Assembly: GCF_009914755.1 (NCBI RefSeq)
Contig: NC_060935.1
Source: the human T2T-CHM13v2.0 reference genome, Homo sapiens
Direction: 5' to 3' (one strand)
DNA: 64,000 nucleotides
Shown here: in pieces, positions 16,163 to 40,150 of the stretch
Layout of the letters: every line of letters starts with the position of its first letter
Position numbering within the stretch: position 1 is the first letter of the stretch
Program-made: the position numbers and the translations under genes
Notes under the pieces: model-generated
Databases searched by the model: none
Told to the model about the DNA's origin: nothing
Seen by the model: only the letters and a program-made list of their open reading frames with translations

Positions 16163-16698
16163 TGTCAGAGGCGTCTGAACCAGAGCAACTCCATCTTGAG
16201 TAGGGGCTGGGTAAAATAAGGCTGAGACCTACTGGGCTGCATTCCCAGACGGTTAGGCATTCTAAGTCACAGGATGAGATAGGAGGTCAGCCAAGATACA
16301 GGTCATCAAGACCTTGCTGATAAAATAGGTTGCAGTAAAGAAGCCAGCTGAAGCCCACCAAAACCAAGATGGCCATGAGAGTGACCTCTGGTTGTCCTCA
16401 CTGCTACACTCCCACCAGCACCATGACAGTTTACAGATGCCATGGCAATGTCAGGAAGTTACCCTATATGGTCTAAAAGGGGAGGCATGAATAATCCACC
16501 CCTTGTTTAGCATATAATCAAGAAATAACCATAAAAATAGGCAACCAGAAGCCTTCTGTCAGTGGAGTAGCCATTCTTTTATTCCTTTACTTTCTTAATA
16601 AACTTGCTTTCACTTTATGGACTCGCCTTTAATTCTTTCTTGCGTGAGATCCAGTAACCCTCTTTTGGGGTCTGGATCCGGACCCCTTTCTGGTAACA
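16163..16698 (+). mobile_element. MER41A-like ERV1 solo LTR
   Basis: TG…CA termini, 536 bp, 4-bp TSD GAAT (16159-16162 / 16699-16702), internal AATAAA, MER41-type start TGTCAGAGGCGTCTGAACCAGAGCAACTCCATCTTG. Confidence 0.88.
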
Positions 16699-18188
16699 GA
16701 ATCTTCCAGTGTTAGAACTAGACACAAACTTAGAGATGATTTTTGTGAAAGCACCTTATTCCTAGTGGTGTGAAAGCTGAGGTCATTTGGGATAATAAAT
16801 GGTTCTGCACATTTTCAAAGAGCTAACCCTCATTGTCAACACTACCTTGAACTAGTTGCCCCACTCCTAATTTGCTCCTGTCAAAACACTGCAGCCAAAT
16901 GCAACAATCCAGTGCCACAAATGGCTGCTGCCAGGATGTCAGTGAACATTTGTCGAGCACCCGAACCAGCATTGGGCGCAAGAACAGCTCTTGCCCTTGA
17001 GAAGCTCAAACACATCTAGAGGAGAAACAAACAAGAACAATATAATGTAATATAACACATGCAATTACAGATGTTTGAACTAGGTTCAGAGGTGCCCTAA
17101 AGGAAGGTGCTACAGGCTCTGCTTGATTGGATCATGCGAGGCTCCCAGAAGAGGAAACGTGTATGCAGGGACTTGAAGAAGAAGAGGAAACACTTACTCA
17201 GGGACTTGAAGAATGAGCAGAAGGGCCACGGAGTGAAAGAGCCTCCTGGCTCAGGAGTCCAGCATGCAGGAGCAGAGAACACTGAAACAGCCTGAGAACA
17301 GGAGGAGCTGGAAGTGGCTGGGATTGGCTAGAGCATAGGGTGTGTCTGAGGAAGAGGAATGATGTGGCTGGAAGAGAGGGGAAGAGCCAGACCTGAGGGT
17401 CTTGGATATCACTCTGAGGGGTTTGGACATAAAGAAGAATATCAGCCGATGTGATGGATTAAGGAGCTCCTTCCTGGGGGTGGTGCAAGGAGGCCAGATA
17501 GTCATCTGTCCTGGATGGCCTTCCGAGGGGCTGGGGGTAGGGGTGGGGTGGGGCTGGAGTGAGGGCAGCCTCTCTGAGATCCCTATCACCTCTCTCTTTA
17601 AAAATCAGCCACTGCCAAACACTAGAGAACCTAAGAAGGCCCCTGTAAAGCAGAAACGACAGGCAGTCAGCCTAGAGTACACCTTTAAAAAGTCAGTAAG
17701 ACATATACACCAGAAAAGGACCATGCTTCTCCATTAAAAGATAGCCAAATGGGAGGAGGCCTTCTCAAAAATATAGGGAAATTTCTCACTTGATGTATTG
17801 ATGTTTTTCCTCTGCAGAGCTTCACATTTTTCATCCATTCTTAAAATTGAGCCAGTTTAGCCCTAGGAGGTGGGCAGGCTCTGAGGAATCATCAATCAAG
17901 AGAAGAGAACATCGCCAGAAACACGTAAGGGAAACGTTTCCATGTCACTACTTCTCAGGATTCCTGGGCATTAAGGGTACTTAAGAAGTGCTTGTAAGGA
18001 GTGTGTTTTCTCCCAAGCAAACACATAAACAAAAAATCCTAATTACAGGGACACTGCATTGAGTCTGTCCTAAAGTTGTTCTGCCTGTATTCACCACTAG
18101 GTGTCATTAGAGCCCTCTTTTAAAAGAAACAAAGCTTCAAAAAACACTGACCTCAAGAGAATAATTTTTCCAGTGTTCCTATTTCTCA

Positions 18189-18191
18189 GTT

Positions 18192-18239
<48 letters not shown>

Positions 18240-18245
18240 AAAAAA

Positions 18246-18276
<31 letters not shown>

Positions 18277-18280
18277 TAAC
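18189..18280. repeat. Compound A15(TA)10T11A8(TA)11T10 palindromic microsatellite
   Basis: Direct reading. Confidence 0.95.
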
Positions 18281-21200
18281 ATGAGTAAAAATTGCAAATG
18301 TTCAGGACTTAGCTCTTGAATGGCTACTAAAGATTATAATTCCTCAGACTACCTGCAAATATCATGAGTCTTACAGAATCACAATACATTTTTATTGAAA
18401 TATCCATGGTAAATATACATCTTACAGGAAATTCCATTGCGTTTACACTATTTATTTAATAGAAATAATCTCTGGGATTATTTGCATTTATTTCTGAAGG
18501 AGGATGTTTTTCCTTCCTGAGAATAAGTTCAGGAAATGGGTGAAATGTTCAGGAAGTTAGCTAAATGCTGATGTAAATCCAAAAGGAAGGTCTGTTGTTG
18601 TTTCTTTCTTTTTTTTTTTTTAAAGGGGGGGGTGGGGGGGACACACAAAAATGCTAGGAAGTGGTTCTCTCATTCACTTATGGAAAAATGTTATACTGAA
18701 TTTCTGATTTAAAAGGAAGAGGATTAGAAAAAAATGTGGGCCCATGATATGGTTTTCTGTAGATCTGGTTAGGCAATTCACAGTAGTTAGCAAAGAAAAC
18801 TGTGTCAAGAAACAAAATCTACATGGGAGACATGACTTGGATTCAGTTTGTCCTAAATTAAACCTTTACTATGAAATTTGAATCGGCTACTCTAAGAAAT
18901 AAGTCGTGTTAGAAAACTCTGAGTCCCGAAGAGCTGGTGGGGCCCCTTAGCACTACATAAACAACTAAATGCTACCCTCTCCTCCCAAGGACCCTGTCCC
19001 CTCCACTAACAGTGTCATGCTGACCCTCGGACTGCAAGGGGGAGTCTGAATGCAGTGAAACTCAAGATCTCCAGGGCTACTTGGTCAGTGTTGCAAGCTG
19101 CCGTGGCCTCTGGCATTATTTATCTTTAGTTTGCAACGTAGGGGTGTGCTGTATCGGGTGTGCAGAGCAAACAGAAACTCCTTGCCTCTGAAACACTGGC
19201 ATTTTAGAAAGCAAAGATTCGGCTCATTGACCAGAGCTACAGAGGACACAATTTGTTGTGGCTTCTCTGAAAATCACCCCCTCCTTTCCATCTCTCTGCT
19301 ACCACCTTCATTCAGGCCTTCATGGTTTCTCATCCAAACCGGTCTTCCTGTCTCCTGCTTGCCTTCTTCCCAGCCCACAGTCCACACGGCAGACAGAGCA
19401 AGCTATGTAAAAACACCAACAGGGACATGAACCTTCCTTGCTTTCAAACTTTTGCCGACTCCCCTGTGCTGAGCGCAGGAGAGAATACGGCCTCCAAGGC
19501 CTTTCATAACTTGGCCTCAGCCCACCTTCCCTCCCACTCCAAGAATCTCAGGCTCCAGTTACACTGAGCCACTCACTGCCCTACACCTCCTGCAGGCAAC
19601 TCTCTGCCAAGTTTATTCACACATTTATCCTTTTCACTCTGGATACATGAGGAGGACTGACCATGTACTGTACTTCTTTTAACTTCTATAGAGCAATCTC
19701 TTTGTATTTATACAATTATGACAACAGTAGTAAGAGAAGAAGGTTCAGAGGATACAAGGTAACACACCTACATAAACGACCTACTGGGTACAAATATTGT
19801 AAATCAACATAGGCCTAGAAAAGGTGGTCAGATGCTGAATTTTGACTAAATACCTCCGATGGCACATAATGAGTAAGTTTCAATTTTTATATTTTACATT
19901 CTGAATTCTGGGGGTGGTTTTGATGGGCAGACCAAGTTTTAAATGAGTTATGGTCTTTGGGATCCTCACTTCTCTCTTTTTCTTCTTCCCTCCACCTTCC
20001 CTACATATTTACATCAGCAGATGTGTCCTTTGAGGGGTCAAATGGTGAGACGACAGCAGTTTAGGAACTGTTTGCCCATTACACTGGGTACTCAGAAACT
20101 GTTCTATTCAAGCTAAACCACAAGACCTATGGACTTAGGAAGAAATTACATAGTAAGTGTGATAGGACTAGTAGCATTGATCCTTTGTGGGAAGGAGGGT
20201 AGAGGGAGGCACGTAGTGTGCTGCAGCGAACTTCTAGAGGGAAAGGTTATGTCTTATTTATCTGTGTCCCCTACGGTGCCTTCCCAGGACAGTGGCTGGC
20301 ACACGATGGACCCTCATTTCAGCTATTCAACAAATATTTACTAAGCAGTAGAGGATTTGTTTTTCCACATTTAGAGTTTTAAGCTTGTTAATAGCAGCTG
20401 AATTCTTTCTCTGTTTTGTCATCTGCACTTTTGGACTCCAAGTTGGACTTCGTATTTCCTAGTTTTTAAAAATCACTCCCTTTCCCTTCCCTAGCCCATT
20501 CCAGTGTTCTATATACAGTAGACTTTCAGCAAATATTTAAAAGAGACAACTTACAATAGGCAACACAGTGGGGTAGTCGATCATTCCCTAACCTATCTTT
20601 GAGGCTGGAGAATTTTCTTGGGGGCTAGTGCCCTAGTATCTTCCCAGAAAGTCCTGCCAACCTAATGGCTCTTGTTGTCACCTTTGGTTTCCTTCCTATG
20701 GTGGCCATGTTTGTCATCAAAGCCCTTCAGTTTCTCCATCTAACAAGGTTAAAACCCTCCCTTCCTCCCCTCCTTCCTTACTCCATTTCTTCTTTCCTCC
20801 CTGCCTTCCTTCCTTATACATATATTTTGAAACTTGTGCCCTGTGCCAGGCAGTGTGCCAAGCTCTGACGGTACATAAATAGACAACTTTAGGTGCTCAA
20901 AGTCATGCTCAGGGAGCTCAGTTTAGTAAGAAATGGATGCATGCACAGATCATTGCAATCAGTGCAAGGAAGGCTCCCAGAGTTGAATGCACAGAGGCTT
21001 AAACCTACCTATCAATAAAAGGAAAGGGAAGCAGGAAGTGGCAAGCAGGAGGATCGGGGATGTCTTCCCAGGAAAGATGACCCAAGGCTTTAAAAAGGAC
21101 AGACATAACCTAGTTGAAGAAAGATGGAAAGGACATTCCAGGCAAAAGGAAACAACGCATATGCAAAGGCAAAGGGGTGAGAGGAACATGATGAAACCAG

Positions 21201-22187
21201 GACAGGATTTTCTGTGACTTATCTATTCCATCTCATTGCTTTATATTCCACCCATTTACCTCATATCAAGTGGAATGATGCAACCCCAGGCATTTCAGGA
21301 AATTTACATAACCAATCATTTAATCTCTTAAAGAGAAAGGCATTGATAATGCAGGCTTTCCATGAGATTAAGCACGTTCTTGAGTGAAAATAGAATTGGG
21401 TGCTTATAGGAAACCAGGTGGAAAGCTGATGAAAATCAGGCAGTGGATGGAAAATGCAATACATTTGATTTTCTATTCTCTTTCCCTGGGAATTTGAGAA
21501 GTTGGAATCCTTTGCCATGAGGGTAAATAAATCTATGGGCCCTCTTAGCCTAAAGATGAAATGACTGAAGGAAAAAAACAGGGTAATTCTAAGAATTTCA
21601 TGTGAGGCCAAGGTCCATTTTGAAACCCTTTTGAACTAAACTTTTGCAGGTCCAACACATCTTCAAGATATTTAGTGGGATCCTCCCAGTCCTACGGTAC
21701 CAGCTTGCATTGTGAAGGAAAATGAAGGACAGAATAAAGCCCTTCTCCCAGTCTGGTTTATTTCTGTACACAGAACCTCTGAAAACAGGAGGCCAAGGCT
21801 GACCTCTTTAGTCAAGAGTCAGCTCAACTTTAAAATTATAATTGCATGTGAAAGCTAAAATGGGAAAGAGAAAAAATCAGTTCTCAGGACCGAAATGCTA
21901 AAAACCCTTGGGTCACATTCCAGTTAGGGTCCTGGCCGTGCACACAGAGCTCCCATTGGGGGAAGGTGGGCAAGAGACCAGCCAAGACCAATTCAAACTA
22001 TAGGGTGTTGGGGATCATGGCATTTATTCTAGAAGTGTCCAGTTTACAGATAAAGGAATGTACTATAGTGATAATGCTATATAATCTTTTAAAAAATAGA
22101 AGCTTATGGTCAGATCTCATTATTGAGAAAGGTGCCAAAGAATCTACCCACTCCAAGTGAACTATTTGCAGTAAAGAAATCAGAGGA

Positions 22188-23266
<1,079 letters not shown>

Positions 23267-24520
23267 GGAGTATAAAACAAAAACAAAAGAAAACCCTGTA
23301 TAAAATAAAAATACAACCAAAACCCTGAGTTGGGCATGGGAAGACCTGCTGACCAACCTTCTCCAACCCCTTTGGGTTGCCCTCGCCCTCTCTACGTCTT
23401 GGCTTCTCCACTCTAAAGGAAGGTTGTCAGACCTGCCCTACTGACTTCAGAAATGCCAGGAGAATAAAATGAAATCATGTAAATGGAAGTATTTTCTATT
23501 CAGAAAATGTTTCTTTAAGTGCAAGGAATTAAGAATTCATTCCAGATTGTGTTGACTTTCCTTAACTTCGTAATTACTTAATGAATAGGTAATGGAAAGA
23601 GAAACACAGCCCAACCGGGAAAACCATTTAAATTACATACCTGCCTTCATTTAGGGTTTGAGATAAATGTCCGGTAGCAATCTGCAGATAAGGAGAGTAG
23701 TACTGCAGATCCTTGTTCAATGGGCTTTTTACTCACACCAAAACAGGGTGGTATTCAAGTGAAGCTAAAGGGTGGCAAGCAATTTAAAAGCAAACCAAGA
23801 GGCCTGATGTTCACATCTGGGACATCAGCAGACGGTGATGGCTCTCCTTCCCTCTGTATGTGAGGTCTATAATATTACTGACTCCCATAACAATATCCTG
23901 ATAGTAGCTTTGAATTTGCTTTGTCCGATGACTTTTCTGGATATGGGGACACAGACCATCCAATTTATAAAATTAGCTAAAGAAGCCACTTTCCTGATTG
24001 ACAAATGTGACATATGCCCATGTCTATTACACAAACAGAACCACTGGGTAGCCAGAAAAAAAAAAATCTGAAGAAAAAAAAAGCCCCCTTTCCCTTCCCT
24101 TTTTTAAGAGGCCAAAAGTTCTAGCAATGATGGGAAAACTCTTTTTTAGGCCATCAGATTAAGTCAATGGGGCTTGAAAGGCAAAGACAGCCATATGCAC
24201 TGAAAATGCCAAAAAAAAAAAAAAGAGGTGTCATTGGGATAACAACTTGAGAACTATAGTTATATCCAAAGCATCATGTGACCTACTTGAGTGTTACTGA
24301 TGACCATATTAGCAATCAATTCTGTTGACCTTAGACTGTGGGGGTTTGCTGACGCAGGAGAAATCCCACAGGGGAAAAAGAGCCCCAGCAAAAAAGAAAG
24401 AGGCCCTCAGAAAGCAGTTCCCAATCTGCCCTACAAACTGAATCCTCTATTTCTCACTGCTGGGTGTATATGCTTCCTAGTGGCTGTCATATACTTTCAG
24501 AAATATGCCAAGTCACACAC

Positions 24521-34237
<9,717 letters not shown>

Positions 34238-34459
34238 ACCGCCGGAGCCCTGCGCGGCGCTGGAGGCTCGCGGCGCGGCGGCGGGGCGGGACGGACAGCG
34301 GACCTCTCCAATGGCCGGGCGCGGTGGGCAGCTAGGGGCGAGGCGGCGGGGCGGGGCCGCTCTCCCGCAGGAGGAGTCAGGCCCCCGCCCTCCGGCCCCC
34401 TCCTCCGGCCGCCCCTCCCTCCCTCCCTCCCCTAGCGCCCCGCCCCGCCCGCCTCCCGG

Positions 34460-34554
34460 CTCTTGCTTTCCTCCCACCCGGATCTAGGCGCGCAGGGGCC
34501 AAGCAGGGACGCAGCCCAGTGGCTCCAGCCACGCCGTCCTGCCCCCTTCTGCAG
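34460..34554 (+). ncRNA. Candidate first exon of a divergent lncRNA (I recall FZD4-DT annotated here)
   Basis: Strong + strand donor CAG|GTGAGA at 34554/34555 just beyond the GC-box cluster. The start coordinate is a guess. Confidence 0.4.
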
Positions 34555-35579
34555 GTGAGAAGTGCGCCCTGTTCCATCTGCCCCCTTTCCTTCCTGTCTC
34601 CTTTCAGCTGTAACCTAGGCCGGTGGCCACCTCCCCGTCAGGCAGAGAAACGTACACAAAGAATTGGGGATTTGGATTTACACCGATTGTGGCTTTCAGT
34701 CCCGGCTGTGTGACCTTGAGCAAATTGCTCAACCCCTCGGCGTCAGTCTCCTCTGTAAAGTCACTTGGGAGGATTAGAGATAAAGTGTAGAAGGCTTAGC
34801 ATGGTGCCTGGTACTGCGTGAGTCCACAGCTATTTTCACTCCGGACCAGCGGCGATCGGGGCCCGGCCTCTCCCCGCCCCCAGACTCGCCCGACCTGCGC
34901 AGGGAGCCGCCCACCTCCAGCCGCCAGCGGGGAGGCGCCCCAGAGCTGCGGAGCTGCAGACCCGCCGACGGTCTCGCGCTCTGATTTCCTCACCGTATGA
35001 AATGAAATTCCACAGGGGGATTCGAAAGGAAATGAGACCGGGACTCTCCGTGCTTCTCGGCCCGCCGCCCTTCCTGTCTCGGGGACACGGTTTCTAAATA
35101 AGGTTGGGAGGGTGAGAGGGCGGGAGGGGAGAGGCTTGACCTGTGCACTGGGGACGAGGAAGGCGCACAACCACCGTGACTCCTCTCTCCCGGCCTCCCG
35201 GGCACCCCCTCCCCACCAGGCTGCACCCCTTTTTTTCTTTGCTTCTGCTTCGGCTCCTAGGGATCTGGGGATCATGTGACCCAGGTTTGAACCCAACTTT
35301 CCTGTCTCATTACCAGCCCCCCGCGGCTTTGTGCTGGTCCACCCTCTCTCTGCTTTCCAGTCGGCCAGTAAACTCCCAGCAGGTGGATTCCTCCACCGTT
35401 TACTTGTTGCTTGACTGTGTTGAAGCTATGGTGCCTCTCTGAGCCTCAAAGTGGCCGGCTGTAAAGTGGGGAAGTTCATATCCACCTCACACAGTTGTTC
35501 TAAGAGTTCAGTGAGATAATACCTGTAAATCATTTAGCAGTGTCTGACACATAATAAATGCTGAAGAACTTGGTGATTG

Positions 35580-35581
<2 letters not shown>

Positions 35582-35627
<46 letters not shown>
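35582..35627. repeat. Perfect (GT)23 microsatellite
   Basis: Direct reading. Confidence 0.95.
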
Positions 35628-35633
<6 letters not shown>

Positions 35634-36266
35634 TTCCAAAACAGCTAGGGGAGATCAATTATGGGACAGCCTCCTGCTTTCCAGCCTGGTGCTAAAGACA
35701 GCTCCAGCAGCCCCGGAATGAGGATCTGGGTAAAAGGCTTTTCACCCTCTTCCTGAGATCTTTTTGTCCAACACTTGCCACTGTTTTATGCATGTTTTTA
35801 TCCTCCCATTTCAGCCAATTCTGTGGCATATGGCAGAGGCTAGATGCAAGTTGGAAGAATGTCTGTGCCACTCATGTGACACTCATATTCTGTCTTGTAT
35901 TTTTAGTCTTCTTATATTGGCAACGAGACTTGACTGAGGGCAAAAATGGAATCAACTTTTTTTTGGTATTTGGCTCTGTGCCTAGAACTGTGTTGGACAC
36001 GGAGAAGCTGCATTGTCTCCAGTCATCATCATAAACTCCCAGTGAAGGAGGTTCCGTTAGCTCCTTATAGAGATTAGGAAACTGAGGCTAGAACCACAGT
36101 AATAGAAAATGACAAGACCAACCAAACCAGGGCCCAGAAGAGGCTCTTCAAAGATGGAAGGCAGGGCTATTTTCCCAGAAAAAATTCCCAGCTGGAAATC
36201 AATGTACTCAGCAATAGGATTGAATCTCTGTGTGCCTGTGCTGAGTAATGCATAAAACCCTTGGCC

Positions 36267-36374
36267 TACAGAGATGAATAAACGATCAGATGTAGAGATC
36301 AAATGATCTATTAATCATTTGGGTTACAGAGATGAATATATAATCAGATGAACAGATCAAATGAATAGATAATC
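36267..36374. repeat. Diverged tandem duplication, period 58 bp
   Basis: TACAGAGATGAATA…ATCAGATG…AGATCAAATGA…TAATC at 36267 and 36325. Confidence 0.8.
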
Positions 36375-39025
36375 CTCATCCTTTAGGATCTCACAGGAGG
36401 AGACAAAGGATTAACAAACAACAATAACTTAGTTTGCTAAGTGCACAGATAGAGAATTGTGGGTGAATTGAAGGTAGAAGTGGCTGAGTCTGGAGGGCTA
36501 CTCAAAGGGGGATGACCTGCAAGACTCGTAGCTACTCAACAAAGTGTAGTTAGTATGCAATTGGCCCTTCTTCTAGGGAAGAGTGGTGGTGGTGGGGTGT
36601 GCTTTGTGCTGAAGATATGGTTACATGGTTTATTAAACAGTGAACTCCCTGAGGTCAAGGAGGAGGACCTGTCCCTCATACAGGGCCTGGCACACAAGGA
36701 ACATCATTTGTTCTGGGTGAAGGAATACTGTTTTCAAATCAATAACAAACCACTCATATAGAACTCTTACTTTCAGACACTGTGTTACATGCCTTACATT
36801 CTTAATTTTATTTATTTCTCACAACTTGCAGAAACTGATGCTCTGAGAGGCCAAGCAGTTTGCCCAAGATTACACAGTAAGTCGTAGAGAAGAACTCATG
36901 CATGTCTGCCTGGCCCTAAACTCTGTGTGCATGGTACTGCTCTTGCAGAGGAAACTGCTTCACGCCCAGCCTAATCCATAGTTAAAGATGACCATTTTGT
37001 GATCTGGACCTCTTATTCCTAGACCTGGCATCCTGCCTCAGCTTGCTTGAAGCAATTGTCTCCTTTGAGAACACATGAAGAAGCCCCTTCCCTATCAGAA
37101 GCTTTTTCTGTCAACAGCTTTTCTTTCTAGTCGTGGAACTCATCACCAGTATTTTCCAAAAAAGAAAGCTAGGGGAATCACATTTCAGTCTGAATGTGGA
37201 AAGACAACAAAGACCATAACTTAGAGCTAAATCTGAATGGCCTGGAGCCCCTCAGCCTCCCTCTCCTGGAGTGGTTTACACAGTCCACAATCTGCCCCTG
37301 GTGACAGGCATGGCATGTTTGTCTTTGTTACAGAAAACACTTCCCGAGGGAGTCCCAGGCAGAGGGATATCCACCCTGTGACATGCACAGCATTTCTGAG
37401 AGGAAAAGATAGGGACACCTGAATAAAGTGTAGGCCATGGGCCCCTGCTAACTCTGGCTTGAGTGCCTGGGCAGTTTCCTTGGTCCAGCCTCTGAGCAGT
37501 AAAGATTCAACTACTTTGGAGCTGCAACAAACATGACTTCAACAGTCTGTTGGGCAGTTGGAGGGCTCTCCATTTGTATCTAATAAGAGGCTGGGTTCTT
37601 ATTAACTCCGGTGATGTGTTAATTTTTCAACCTGACGTTTTCTGCTCTAATAGATTCTTGTAATGCTTACTAAATTAAAGGCTGCATTGGAAGAGTAATG
37701 TTTAGGTTAAAATGCATCACCTAAGGGGGTGGAAGCTATAAACATCCTTTCCCTCCTACGGGAAAATCTCTCATTTGCGGCTCTTTGCTAACCCAATTAA
37801 GTGCTGAAGTAGTTACCCTAGAGCCTGCTTTTTATTTCCTATGAAACAATCCAACTAATCCATATTCAGTAGCTTCCAAGAAAAGTCTTATTCCAACCAC
37901 TCATGAAGAAACCAGCTTCTTTGAATCTAGATAGAACATTTAGAACTCACAAAGAGCTGTCTTGATGGAAAGTGCAAGAAAGTGGTTCATTATTATCTGC
38001 CTGGTTTTTGAGGGAAATAATTCACTGGGACTAAAACCCCATAAGTATTGGGAATTTACTGTGGAACAACAAAAGCAAAGCAAGAAGATGCCATGCCACA
38101 TTCCATCCATTTATAAATAGGGTGTTACATCTCCCCCTGCACCCAAACTAGTTATAAAACAAAAGTGCGCCTGCTGAGTAAGGTGGAAGGGAACACTGAT
38201 CTTACTTCGAGCTGAGGAATCAAAGTTCCCAAGAGATTAATACCTATTAAGTGGCAGAGCCAAACTCCCTTCTTAGTCCATTGCACCACTAGCTAGCAGA
38301 GAAGAATTGTCACCACAGAGCTCTTGCATGTCAAGAAATAGAAGCTCAAAATTTTTCCTACCCATAAGTTTAGCAAGCATTAAATGGTACATCAGACATC
38401 CTTATTTATTGGTGGTGATGAGTTAACGCAAAGATGAACAACCAAAAACCTCCATGGAAGGCAAAAAATAATGCAAACACACTTTTACCTCCATAGCCTC
38501 GTTTCGTTTCAGTGAAATTGATCAGTCAAGCTGTTAACAAATATTTAGTGATGGGTTATTGTGGACATGTCATTGAGCTGGGTACTAGGGAGTATGCAGA
38601 CATGTTAAAGGTGGTTTCTGCCTTCAAGGAGCTTACAGTCACATTGGGGGAGATTAAGACATGAGACCAAGGGCAAAACAAGTTTTTTATGGTTAAGTGC
38701 ATTTTGTTGAGCTTTCTTATTTCCAGTCTCCCCTTGTTGTTTTACATAAGGTTCTGTATTATAAAGTTATTGGGCTGTTTTGCTTTTGTCTCTTTCACTC
38801 TCCTCTGAAGTCAGAGGCTGTGTCTTTTTCACTACCATGCTCTTAAACAACATAGAACAATATTACCTGAGCCATAGAAGGCACTCAGTAGTTATTTGTT
38901 TAATACATAAATGAATGGTTCTGCCTATAAGTGATCTGATTATTCAGAAAAAGAAAGCCTGCATTATGAGCCGGGTATAGGCAACCGCCAAAACACTACC
39001 TAAGTGGTTCCAGAATGATGGTTAA

Positions 39026-39460
<435 letters not shown>

Positions 39461-39534
39461 TAAAAAAATAACCTTGACAGAAATTGTTTTTCAATTCAGA
39501 AGCAAATGTGTTAATGTGTTTCTCTATTTCATGA

Positions 39535-39769
<235 letters not shown>

Positions 39770-40150
39770 AGCCTAAGATATTTTTTAGATCACTGTTTAC
39801 TACTATAGTTAGTCGACCACTCATCTCATTATTGTCAACTGAAGCCATTAGGAACATATATGCCATGAGACGGTTGGTAAAAGCCGGGGTCTGAAGCCAA
39901 AGCATTTTAAGTCAAGGGATTACATGTGATTGGTAAGTTTGTACAAAAATTAGAATGTAAGCTTAGCTTTGAAGGATGGGTAATTTTCAAAGAGACTTTG
40001 GGAAGCATGGAAAGGAAGGCACTTTTTAATAATATTCTCAGACAGCACTCTGATTAATTAATGGAGATGAGAAATGAATATGAATGAAAATGATGCTAAA
40101 TAATGACCAAAGGGTGAACTAGCTACCACATATTGTGTATAAGCATGAAC

